From: Chlorokybus atmophyticus
Lineage: Eukaryota > Plantae > Mesostigma and Chlorokybus algae
DNA length: 64,000 bases
Assembly: GCA_009103225.1 (NCBI GenBank)
Contig: RHPI01000026.1
Location: forward strand, 62,001-126,000
Direction of reading: 5' to 3'
The notes under the pieces are model-generated. The model saw only the letters and a program-made list of their open reading frames with translations. It ran no database searches and was not told the DNA's origin. Position 1 is the first letter of the stretch; every line of letters starts with the position of its first letter. Below, piece by piece: positions 49,091-61,150 of this stretch. The position numbers and the translations under genes are program-made.

Positions 49091-50650
49091 ATGGAGGTGG
49101 GGCCGATTTATTGCGCGGAGCAGATTGGGGTGCCGCCTGGGCTGCCTGGCGTCCTGAAAGAATACGTCAAACAGGCAAGCATAAGGCAAAACACGGTCCA
49201 GTTCGTGTATTTCAAGTGAGCAACATAAACACTATGACTGGCAGAACGTCTCAGTGCTGCTGTGTATGAGCTTTAACAGTAGCGAATGCGCTGTCAAGTC
49301 AATCAATACCTCGGCATTGTGAAGTAGTTTCCAAATGGTGGCGGTTGTGTGTGCGCACGCACCCACGCAAGCGCACAAAACACAAGCTCACATACTCACC
49401 CAAACACACACGCACCCTTACCTCAGGCGCACACACGCCTGTTTTCTCAACATTGTTGTTAACAGGTTTTGAGGCGCCAGCCCGAGGACGTCCTCGCCTG
49501 GAGCGCCGACTACTTCGCCCGCCTAGCCTCCACCACCCCAAACCCCACTACCACCTCCACCTCCATCACCTCCACCTCCGCCACCATAACGTCCACCTCC
49601 ATCACATCCACCTCCGGCATCGACATCCACGGCAACAAGCATGGCGTTGGAGTGGTTGGAACGGGTGGAGCGGAGGCGGTGAGAAGGGCGGCGGAGCAGC
49701 TGAGGACGGTGGAGATGATGGATAAGGGGGACCTGGTGAGAGAGAGAGTGTGTGTTGTTTGTATGCTTGTGAACAATATCAAAGTGCTGGTGTTGATGTT
49801 GATGTTTGTTGTTGGTGATGGTGTTGCCCCAGCTGACGGTGCTGGAAGGATGTGGTGTGGCACGCGCGGACGCCGAGCGCGTGCTGGTGCTTCTGCAAGA
49901 GGAGGCCCAACACGCCACCACAGTAAGCAACAACAACGACCACCATCATAACACAACACACAACACTGACTCACGACAACACCAACAACAACGACGTATG
50001 TAACCAATGTATCAGGGTGATGGTGAGGAAGACGAGCAGTCCTCAAGCAGCAGGCCGCCCAGCAGCAGCGCCGCCGTGCTGGTGGAGCCAGGCGAAGCCC
50101 TGCTTTTACTGCTCGCAACCACCGCAGAGGCAAGGAGGGATGAATCACTGTTGTGCATATACGTGGCTATGTGTGCATGTGTGTCAACATGCCCAACATG
50201 TGTACTTTACATGACCCAACTCGCCAGCCGCTAAGACTTATTGCCTCTGCAGTCCTTTGAGGGGGTACTGCAGGCGATGTTTGCGGTGTTTGGAGGTAGA
50301 GCAGGTGGAGGTGGAGGTGGAGGTGAAGAGGAGGGTGTGCTGGAGGCAGACAGAGTCTTGGGGCTCATGAAGAGCCTCGCGCGGCGCGACGGCAACGTGC
50401 CGGAGGGGTTCATTGAGGCCCTCACCATGGAGTTGTAAGTGTGAAGTTGTGCGCATGCATGTTTGTGTGCGTGCTTGTGTGCATGCCTAAGTGATTGTAT
50501 ACTCTTGCCTACGCACAAGCCTGTGTGGTGCGGGTAATGATAAGAATGTGTTGCTGCTCTTGCAGGCGAGAGCAGAACATTGAGAGACTGGACTATCAGG
50601 ACTTCTGCCAACTGGAGGCCGTTCAGGAGCTGTTGACGCATGTAATCTAA
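49091..50650 (+). CDS. RSP11: Flagellar radial spoke protein 11 / ropporin-like (RIIa dimerisation-docking domain)
   Basis: MEVGPIYCAEQIGVPPGLPGVLKEYVKQ|VLRRQPEDVLAWSADYFARL matches the RSP11/ropporin N-terminus, and later exons align with the RSP11 C-terminal half. The model needs two GC-AG introns. Confidence 0.85.
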
Positions 50651-51274
50651 CACATGAACAACTATTGCATTTCTAACCACTAGTAGTATAGCTACCAGAA
50701 GTGCTTACCGATGTCAATAGCATGGGTGTATCAGAGTTGCAAACCGTTCACTGGGTTCCACATCACACGCTGCCAGCCTGGAAGTCAACGCCAATGTCCT
50801 CCACCACAAACCTTAAATGTAGCATTGTAAAAACTTCACATCAGGTGCATCTGTGCAACACTACAGGATGTGGCCTCGCTGCTCGCTGCTCCGAGACACA
50901 TTTGTTTAGTTGGTGCACGTGAGTGATGTGAGTGATGTGAAATAGGAGGGTATATAGGATATGTGAGGTGCTGTTGCGCACGCGCATGAGGATGCGACAT
51001 TCGATCTGCAAGTCACTGCATGAACATGATTACACAGGCGAATTTCCCACCACCGAGCTAACACAGTGCTTTATAGCTGTCTACCTACTTCACTAACCTA
51101 CTACTACTGGCTGTGCATGATTTCGCAACCTTGCAACCTTGCGCGCGCAACACACTTCACGCATGGGACATGCATCCGTCCACACCATTCCACGAACTTC
51201 AGCTCGACAACTTGCTCACATAGCGAGCAGCGTGCACACAACGGTTCAGTCTATCCCAATGTCACACACACGCG

Positions 51275-53809
51275 CTACACCTTTTGTATGACAACGGCAT
51301 TAACAAGTCCCGCATCTTCAATGCTCTGCGAGGCATCGGAGAGCTCTTTTGCGGGGAACGCTGTGACGAGGCGATATCCTGCGGGCTGCACGCCGGGCTG
51401 CGCGTGCTCGATGAAGCGGCGGATGTCGCCCACCGTATGCGTGTGGTTGAAGCGCGCCACCATGCGCGTCCCGTCGTGCAGACGCAGCTGCAGCGTCGTC
51501 ACTGGTTTGGAGTCGTCCACCTTGAAGTCGTGCAGGGCGGACGACGGTGCGCGCTGTGGTGTGGGTGCGTTCGATGATGGTGGCGGCGGCGGTAATTCTG
51601 TCACTTGCTGAGTGCTGTCTGAACTTCCCGCCAATGTCCTGGCCGTGCCGGCAAAAGCTCTGTATTTGGGCTCGGGTGGAGGCTGCAGTGCACGAGTTGT
51701 TGAGATTAGCGCTGTGTGTTGTGCATGAGTTGTGACACGTCCAACGACCAATATATGTGTTGCCTTAAGAGTCAAGACCGTACCACATAGTCTTCCATGC
51801 GCCTAACAAGGTTGACATGCACGGGCACGTTGTGGTCTGCTGGCTCCAGCTCGCGCGGCCGCTCTCCTCTATTGATGCTCTGTTCGCAACAAAGCGTTGT
51901 AGCATATATCCAGTGTTACAAGGAGACTATGACATCTGATGGCTTACATCCAGAAATGAGCGGTTGGCAGGGTCATCTAGCCGCCGCAGCGGTCCATCAT
52001 CAACTGTGAAGCCATTGCGGTAGAACACGATCGTATGTACGGAAGGCGGGGGTGGTCCGGCCTGTTGAGGTGCGGCCTGTTGCGGTGCGGTTGCGGCCCC
52101 GCTGAGCGTGCGAGCCGTGCCTGTCAACGCCCCTCTTGTCAAGAGCTTTGCACACCTCGCTGGTGTATACCATGAGTTGCATACAATGTATGCATGCTTG
52201 TGTGCATGGGTCTAGAACAGCTTCAAGTGTGAGTTTTGTGTGTCATCAACACACGCATTGCGGTGCTTAAGACGGAAGTGTTCGACAAACATATAGGGGA
52301 CTCGCACAGAGCGGGTGGTCATCCCAATGCAAACATACCACTGAAAGCTGAAGGTCTTGATGGCCCGCTACGGCCAGGCACAAGGTCCGCGGGGCCGCCC
52401 TCAACAGCCCCATGCTGGCGAGCACGCTCAAACAGACTCTCAACCGGATCCTTCCCGTGCTGCGGATCTTGGACCATCATACCACTGCAGGAGAGCATGA
52501 GTCAACAACAAGTTTGCACACACAAACACACATGCACACACGCCCCCGCGCGCGCGCACACATACACACGCATGCACACACACATGCAAACCTCAGCAAT
52601 GTACACGCTTTCCCGAACACGTCAAGTACCAACTTGCTACGCACCTTTTCTCGCCACCGGTGTAGTACTCCAACGGGTCATCTTCATCACTGTCCGACCC
52701 GCCACCGCCGCCACCACCGCCGCCGGAGAGCTCTGAGAAGCTGCGGATCCGTGGGTTGCTGCCAGACCCGCCGCCACGGCGGGTTGGCGCGTTCCCGCCC
52801 CCACGCAAATTGCCAAAGCCGCGGATGTTGCCAGCTGGCTGTATCCTTGGAGGCTGCCGCTGCTGTGCGGGGGCGGGGGCAGCTGGCGGGACTGAGGGCA
52901 CAACTGGAGGGGATGTGTCTTCGTCTTCAGGGTCATAGTCGTCATCGTCGTCGTCATCAATCTGATCGTGTGCGGTCGCAGCTTCACCCGGCGCAGCCCC
53001 AGCAGACACCTCCACACCGTTGTGATCAAAGAAGTTGGAGATGGCTGCCTGTAAACATTTGACAAACTTAAGCAATAGATAGCTCAGTCTGTAGCCTACA
53101 ACGCCGGTGAGAACCTGTTGATGTTATGTTTTTGCACATATATCCCTTTACAAATCCCACACAAACAGACTAAACTTCAAAAACTCATAGGCGTTGTAGG
53201 GGACGCCTGAAAGCTTCAAGCATACCACGTGCCATACATAAGACTCTAGGAGAACATGCTCTAAAGTCAAGCAATAAAAAAAGCCTTGGCAGCCATTGCA
53301 CCAAGTTACAGCAAACTCAACTAAAGGGGTGTTTGGTGCGTGTGGGTGTGTGCAAACCGGACATGGGTCTACGCAAACTCATATGTACAAATAGAAGCGT
53401 GATGCCTCGCTGGTTTCTGGAAAGCATGTGTTTTGGTAGCACAGCACAGATTAAGGACGTTTACACACCAACGACTTAATGATGTGCAATGTTCCGCACT
53501 TGGCGCACTTTTACTGAAGTCGTGTGCTGGCAAGTGCAAAGCAGGGTTGGCAATGTCACTGTTGTCTGCGACATGCAATTTTGCACGTTGCAGACGTTCA
53601 GCTGGCATACTGTTTTTGCAATGACTTGCATAAATGCATGCATGCCTGAAGACAGACATACCACGACGGACAACAAACCATCAACCGACTGACTAACTAA
53701 CCTGGACGTCCCAAGCGCTCAAGTCCAGATAAAAGCGAGCCTGCTGCTGGGAAGCCCCCGTGATGGCCATGAAGCTGGTCATGGCCTCATCCTTGCCGGC
53801 GGCGTCCAT
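51275..53809 (-). CDS. p47/NSFL1C-like plant UBX protein (UBA-like, SEP, UBX; PUX3/4/5 type), a CDC48 adaptor
   Basis: UBA-like exon ([24 protein letters not shown]), YYTGGEK|[11 protein letters not shown] ([29 protein letters not shown]) and UBX ([30 protein letters not shown]...AFP). Confidence 0.95.
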
Positions 53810-54290
53810 AGCAAACCCTGACCACAGGCTACGCCAACAAACCCCGCACCCGCAGCACTCAACCACCAACCACCGGTTTGCACACTCTCCAGAAAACCGT
53901 TACGACAACAACCACCCGCACCTTTCAAGCCCTACCTGAAGACAGTTACGCAGTAGAACACGCAAAACAACAACAACACTGGCAACGCCGATGACACCTC
54001 CTCCGGCGCCACCACCACCGCCTCCTTGACCACCGCCACCGCCACCGCCCAGACTTATGCTCGCGACTTGAGTTTAGGGTTTGATCAAGCTTAGATCACC
54101 ACGATTCCAGTGATATCTGTAATACAATTGACATCCAGCCTTCCTCCCAGCTGCCAAACGGCGGGAAAACACCTGAACACAAGCACAATGCAATGCAGTA
54201 GAACTTTGCTACAGTGAGCTAACAAACAAGCAGGGCAAGTAGGCTAGTGCGTTTGGCCACTCAACGGAGGTGGAGGTGGAGGTGGTCGTG

Positions 54291-56898
54291 ATGGGGGACC
54301 TATCCGGCGTGCTTGCGCGCCTTGAGGTTGTCGCTACTCGTCTGGAGTCGCTGGAAGGGAGGCTAGCTGTTGGGGGAGGGGAAGCGGGTGGTGCAGCTGC
54401 TGCTGCTGGGCAGCAGGGCGCTGTCACCTCCAAGCAGCAGCAGCAGGGTGGATCTGTGGGGGCGTTTGGAGGGTTGCTGCAGAATGAGCTCGCTGCGGTC
54501 TCGGCTGCAGGCGAGAAGATTGGAGGGGAGGTGGTCACTGCGTCAAATGCGGTGAGAGAAGGTGGGTGCACGCGTTAAGTTGCATTGGTTGACTGTCAGT
54601 GCAGGTTAAGAATTCGATGATATTTAAACCAGCGCAAATCACAGTACTCTGCTTGTTGTCCAGCTTGTTAACAAGTTGACGGTTGTCAGTTGCCTTGCAT
54701 TCATTGCCCTTGCTTCACTAGTTGTAATGCATTGGACACTGGTATGCACTGGCAAATTCGCCCATGCGCAGCAGTTAATAAACTGAGCTGGTCATAGTGC
54801 TACATGTTCGGTGTTGTTGACTGTTTCACCATGTGTTTATAAAGCAATTGCCACATCCCGTGTTTCCTGCCAAGTTGACCATTGCCATGCGTCAGTGGCT
54901 CATGCTGTAGCCTGCTTCAAAGTTTGCTTGTTGATCTGGTATCACAACAAGCATCACATCATGTCGCTGAGTGGTAGCCTATTCGCAGCTTTTGAGGCAC
55001 AGGCGACTGTTGTCTCCGCTATGGCAGCTTGCAAACAGCCAGAAGTGGCAGCGCTGCAGTCTTTGCTGGCCCCGTTGGCGGAGCGCATACACGCAGTCAC
55101 AGCACTGGCTGAGGGTCGACGCACGGCATCCTTCAACAACCTCAAGACTGCAGCAGAGGCAGTTGGCGCACTGTACTGGGTCGCTTACGCTGGCAAAGAC
55201 AGCGGTACTGGCAGTTCATGCACTGAGACTGTTTGCAGTGCAGCGCAACAACTCATGACCCGCATCATCACAGCGTGTTATGTACTGCTGTGTACAATGT
55301 GATTGCCACAGCACTACTACCATTGTGCTGACATGTGTCCATCGGATGATTCCTCTCTTCGTTGTGCTGTCTTCGTGGCAATGCACTGCTGAATTATCAA
55401 GTTTCCTGCATCTAGGTATGAGCATACCTCCCGTGCATGTAGAAGAAAGCTGGCAGGCAGCTGAGTTCTACGCTAACAAAGTGCTGATGGAGCATCGTGG
55501 CAAGGATGACAATCACCTTGACTGGGTAAAAGCCCTCAAAGCTTTGTTCTTTGCGCTGCGCGACTACCTCAAACGATGGCACACCACTGCACCAGCATGG
55601 AATGCCAATGGCAAGGTATTACGTTGGTTACAAATGCGGGTTACATCAAATACGTACTCCCAAACTAACCAACAGCTACTCAGAGACGCTGTGTTTGTGT
55701 GCAGCCACTAGAATTCTGGCAGAAGGAAGGCGGCACTGCCAAGCCTTCTGCTGCTTCAGGGGCACCTTCGCCTGCACCTCCCCCACCGCCACCTCCACCC
55801 CCACCTCCTTTGTCCTTGCCTCCAATGCCTTCTTCATCCTCTGATAAAGGGCAAGGTTCAAGCATGGATTTCGTGTTTGCCGAGCTCAACAAGGGGGAGT
55901 CAGTCACTTCAGGTAAGCACATACAGGATGCTCTGTGTGTCGATGGGCTGTTTATTAATTTATTTAATTGTGCATCATTAAGGTCTCCGAAAGGTCACAG
56001 ATGACATGAAGACAAAGAACCGCAGCGATCGATCAGGTGCAGTCCCTTCGACCGTTGCAGCTGCATCAATAGCCACGACAGCCACAACAGTCAATGCGAG
56101 CACGATGCGCTCTCCTGTGCTCGAGTTGCAGGGGGGCCGCAAGTATGTGCTGTTGTGCTGTTTGCCTTGCCCGTCTGTAGCATGAGGGGTAAACCAACAT
56201 ATGGCTGTGGTTAGATGGGTTGTGGAACATCACGTTGACAACCGAAACATCACGCTGCCGAACGTTGACTCGAAGCAGTCTGTGTATATCTACGGCTGTA
56301 CCAACAGCGTGGTCAGCATTTCAGGTATGTAACAGTTCTTTGTCAGTTGCTGCAGGTCAGCTGCACTGACTGCATGGCTCCTGTGTGGCAGGGAAAGTCA
56401 ATAACATCATCATCGACAGCTGTAAGCGCACAGGTGTGGTCTGCCAGGATGTTGTCGCGTCATGCGAAGTTATCAACAGCGCTGGCATCGAGTTGCAAAC
56501 AGAGGTGCGAGCCGGCGCATCAACTTGAATGCCTGTTGTTGCACAACCGCAGGTCGTCTGCCATCTTTGGCTGACGTCGCTGTCTTATCAGGGCAATGTG
56601 CCATCTATAGCTGTTGACAACTGCGCCGGCTGCCAACTGTACCTCAGCAAGGCCTCGCTGTCTGCTGCAATCACAACCGCAAAGTCTAGCGCAGTCAATG
56701 TCCTGGTGCCGGGACCCACAGATGACAGCGACATGGTACGCTGCAATTGACGTGACGTGAGCTTCTTTCTGAGTAGGCATGTCTAACAATGATGTTGTTT
56801 CTCGCGTCCAGGTGGAGCATGCGATCCCTGAACAATTTGTAAGCACTCTAAGTAAAGGCCAATTGGTGACAATGCCGGTCTCGCACTCGGGTGGTTGA
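54291..56898 (+). CDS. CAP1: Adenylyl cyclase-associated protein (CAP/Srv2), actin regulator
   Basis: N-terminal RLE repeats (ARLEVVATRLESLE), EESWQAAEFYANKVL, poly-Pro, VTSGLRKVTDDMKTKNR, and a CARP domain ending in IPEQF...VSHSGG*. Confidence 0.96.
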
Positions 56899-57698
56899 AG
56901 TCTAGATAGACCAGATGAGGACTGCCTTGCAAGGGGATTCTCTGTTGTGTCATACATTCTTTGGCTGATGGAACAATGAGTTGTGAGGTAGTTGATGGCT
57001 ATGTAGCAAGTCGCCAGTGTCTGTGTGAAATTGGTAGGGTGTGATCGTGCAGAAAATGAAGGTGGCTCTGTGCTGGCACAGTTCCCCTTCAAGTTGCGAC
57101 CGCTTCGTCAGTTGATGGCACGAGTTTGGTTATCAGAGTGTGCACATCATGCTGCTTGTATTGCATCTTCAATGTTGTTATGAGCCAAGGATGGATGTGC
57201 TGGTGGTGGCTGGGATTCCATTCAGTACGTCCAATATGCCGACAATGACTCTTCATGAGTGTCATGTCCATATTGAGTGAGAGGCCGTTATAGATAAGAC
57301 TGCAAGGTATCATGTGTTAGCAAACAATAAGGGCATCGCTATTGTTTGTTCAGATGTTATATGAATGCCATGAGAAAGATCTGCGTGTGTCCGCACATGA
57401 CACCAACGACCTATGTACCAAGCTCTCATCTGCACATGACACTAACAATAGATGCTGAACTAAGATGTAACACTCTACGAGTACCGCGAGTACCAATGTA
57501 CTATACAGGCAGCAACTTATGCTGTTGAATCGCAATCGTGACACACTCCGTTACCACCTCAGGACTTGAAGACAGACCGGGTAACAGTGGTGCACTCTTT
57601 TACAAGGCCAGCATTATAGAAAATCGAAAAGGAGAACTCCCCTGCCAGTAGTGTTTGATACACTAGCATACACGCCTTGCTGTGCACAACAGTCCGAC

Positions 57699-57730
<32 letters not shown>

Positions 57731-58092
57731 NNNNNNNNNNNNNNNNNNNNNNNNNNNNNNNNNNNNNNNNNNNNNNNNNNNNNNNNNNNNNNNNNNNNNN
57801 NNNNNNNNNNNNNNNNNNNNNNNNNNNNNNNNNNNNNNNNNNNNNNNNNNNNNNNNNNNNNNNNNNNNNNNNNNNNNNNNNNNNNNNNNNNNNNNNNNNN
57901 NNNNNNNNNNNNNNNNNNNNNNNNNNNNNNNNNNNNNNNNNNNNNNNNNNNNNNNNNNNNNNNNNNNNNNNNNNNNNNNNNNNNNNNNNNNNNNNNNNNN
58001 NNNNNNNNNNNNNNNNNNNNNNNNNNNNNNNNNNNNNNNNNNNNNNNNNNNNNNNNNNNNNNNNNNNNNNNNNNNNNNNNNNNNNNNNNNNN
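57731..58092. other. Assembly gap (N run)
   Basis: N run preceded by poly-G. Confidence 1.
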
Positions 58093-59182
58093 ACTGTGTT
58101 GGGGGGGCAGGAGAGGGAGAGGGAGAGCTGTGCTAGCGGATCAGTCATCCCCGCAGCATTCCTGCTAATGCTACCTTACTGACTGCTGCTATCGCTCACC
58201 TCCATCTCTCTTCTCGGCCAGATGTTACCCAGGGCTTCTACCAGGCATGCCCTTGACCAAACTCCCTTGCCACAACATGCGCCGGCAACACTTGAAGCGC
58301 ATCGTTGACCTGACTGTACAAGCGTTCGAGCGCAGTTCGTAAACCAGCAGTTGAGCAACTCCTGTTTTGCGGCAAGTCATCATGCAATAGAGAACATGCT
58401 CGGTGTCGAAGACATGTGCCATGAGCTCCATGGTGGAGCACAACACAAGTAGCTCAAAGCTCACGAAAGTTGCTTCTGTTGGTGCTTGCTCTCTCAAGCT
58501 ATGTGACCTCAGACCCGACTCCTAACTTGCAGGTGCTTCAGCACCCTACACCCTTACTCGTGCGAGACATTCCCTTGATGCACTCAATGAAGACCAGGCT
58601 GTGCTAAATACCGCTGCTTTAGCAACGCACCTTAGTGCAATAAAGCAACTGTTTCCGCCCAAGGCACAAAGGAAACAACTTCTGCGCAGTCAGAAGTTGC
58701 TTCCATTCGTGTTTAAACGAAAACAACTCTCTGATGATGCGAAGGTGCGTTGCAGAAGGAGCGGTAAACAGCAGAACCTCTTCCTCCACGAGTCATCAAC
58801 GGGAATGTCTCACAAGTGAGGACAAAGGGCGCCCAGCGCCTGCGGATTGGAGTTGGGTTTGGGTCATGTAGACAAGGCCGCAACCAACAACAACAGCAGC
58901 TTGATGTGAGTTGACCTTAAGTTGACCGCATTGTGCTCACCACCGAACTCATGCCACGTATCTTATCAGCACCGAGCATATTACCGCATGATGAACGGCA
59001 CCATAACGGAAGTTGCAGCTGTTGGCGGTCGTACTTTATGTTCGCTTGTCTAATGAGGTTAACGATACACAGCTGTGAGCATGTTTACTTGGACAACACG
59101 TCCCACCACAGCATTCTCATCCAATCATGTACAGCTGCAACACAGCAATGGTCCACACGTGCTGCACGAGTGCACAAGTCGG

Positions 59183-59183
<1 letters not shown>

Positions 59184-59220
<37 letters not shown>

Positions 59221-59874
59221 NNNNNNNNNNNNNNNNNNNNNNNNNNNNNNNNNNNNNNNNNNNNNNNNNNNNNNNNNNNNNNNNNNNNNNNNNNNNNNNN
59301 NNNNNNNNNNNNNNNNNNNNNNNNNNNNNNNNNNNNNNNNNNNNNNNNNNNNNNNNNNNNNNNNNNNNNNNNNNNNNNNNNNNNNNNNNNNNNNNNNNNN
59401 NNNNNNNNNNNNNNNNNNNNNNNNNNNNNNNNNNNNNNNNNNNNNNNNNNNNNNNNNNNNNNNNNNNNNNNNNNNNNNNNNNNNNNNNNNNNNNNNNNNN
59501 NNNNNNNNNNNNNNNNNNNNNNNNNNNNNNNNNNNNNNNNNNNNNNNNNNNNNNNNNNNNNNNNNNNNNNNNNNNNNNNNNNNNNNNNNNNNNNNNNNNN
59601 NNNNNNNNNNNNNNNNNNNNNNNNNNNNNNNNNNNNNNNNNNNNNNNNNNNNNNNNNNNNNNNNNNNNNNNNNNNNNNNNNNNNNNNNNNNNNNNNNNNN
59701 NNNNNNNNNNNNNNNNNNNNNNNNNNNNNNNNNNNNNNNNNNNNNNNNNNNNNNNNNNNNNNNNNNNNNNNNNNNNNNNNNNNNNNNNNNNNNNNNNNNN
59801 NNNNNNNNNNNNNNNNNNNNNNNNNNNNNNNNNNNNNNNNNNNNNNNNNNNNNNNNNNNNNNNNNNNNNNNNNN

Positions 59875-59922
<48 letters not shown>

Positions 59923-59935
59923 GAGAGAGAGAGAG
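59184..59935. repeat. (GA)n microsatellite spanning an assembly gap (N 59221-59874)
   Basis: GA repeats lie on both sides of the N run. Confidence 0.95.
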
Positions 59936-60523
59936 CAGCATACACACCTGCAGCTAGACTACCAAAAGCCTGCGCATAGCTTGCATCTCAGATCATCCCC
60001 ATGTTGCCGCGACATGCAGCGTGCACACTATTACTGGCCCAGCTCTGCTTCCGCTGTGACTGTGAAAAGCAGACAGTGACTGCCTCAATTTGACAGCGAC
60101 CTTACTCTCCCACAGCCTCGCTCCGCGCCTGCTGGTGATGTAAGGCCGATCTATTCAAGAGACAAAGCGGGACCCATCACGCCACCGGCCTGGATCACAC
60201 CGCCGTCGCCGTCGCCGTCGCCGCCAACGCCGACTCCCTGCTGGCCTGGTGCATGAGAGAGACACAAACCTACACTGCGTGGTAGAATTATGAAACATAA
60301 AAGGCTGGAAACTCAGTGCGCGCGGAGTGAGCTGAAAGATCCTGAATTGGAGGTTTGGCGGGTTTCCGTGGACAAGCTCCAGTGATTTCCAACAAACTTG
60401 TGGATGTTTAATGAATTATGAATTGCGGAGACCGGAAACTTTGGTTGAGGTAATGGGGATACAGGTCAGGTGAGACACAAACACAGAGTCTGTCAGGGAT
60501 ACCCAGAGGCACACACCCAGACG

Positions 60524-60524
<1 letters not shown>

Positions 60525-60567
<43 letters not shown>
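60525..60567. repeat. (GA)n microsatellite
   Basis: Read directly from the sequence. Confidence 0.95.
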
Positions 60568-60569
<2 letters not shown>

Positions 60570-61095
60570 CCACAACATCACATTGCCTGAGTACATCTTC
60601 AATTCTCCCTCTGTCGCTTTGTGTGTGTCTCCCCCATCATCGTCTCCCTCACCTTCACTGCTTAGCATGAACTCTTCCGCCGCCGGCCCCGCCGCCGCTC
60701 TCGGCGCCGGTGGCCTGGGCGCCGTCCCCGACTCCGCCTTCTTCTCCTCCTCCTCCTCCGGGTCTGACACGTCCGCTTCCTCGGTTGAGGCGAGCGGGCA
60801 GATCGGGTGCACCGGCCTGCTGCACAGGGCAAAGGAGGCTGTGGCGAGACACCGACACAGGCGGAACGAGGAGGAGGAGGAGGAGGAGGAGGAGGGGGTG
60901 GAGCAGGCTGGTGGTACGGGCCATGGACAACAGTCTGTTGAAGGACGGGTGAGTGCTGCCTGTTGTTTCTACTTGTTTTGCTGCTGTGTGGCATTGCTGA
61001 CAGATGGTGATGACCGTTTGCGCTTTGCCTCCGAGCTCGAGCATGTTAGCATGTGCGTGCATGTGCATGCAGTGGTGTGCATTGTTGGTCAATCT

Positions 61096-61097
<2 letters not shown>

Positions 61098-61144
<47 letters not shown>
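61098..61144. repeat. (CT)n microsatellite
   Basis: Read directly from the sequence. Confidence 0.95.

Positions 61145-61150
<6 letters not shown>

Noticed and set aside
58553-58830. Imperfect ~22-bp inverted repeat (gagacattccc(g)ttgatg) around ~210 bp
   Set aside because: It is too degenerate, has no target-site duplication and has only one copy in the window; possibly an old MITE, but unsupported.
47893-60079. Long ORFs containing X runs and ER/SL dipeptides
   Set aside because: These are artefacts of N gaps and (GA)n microsatellites.
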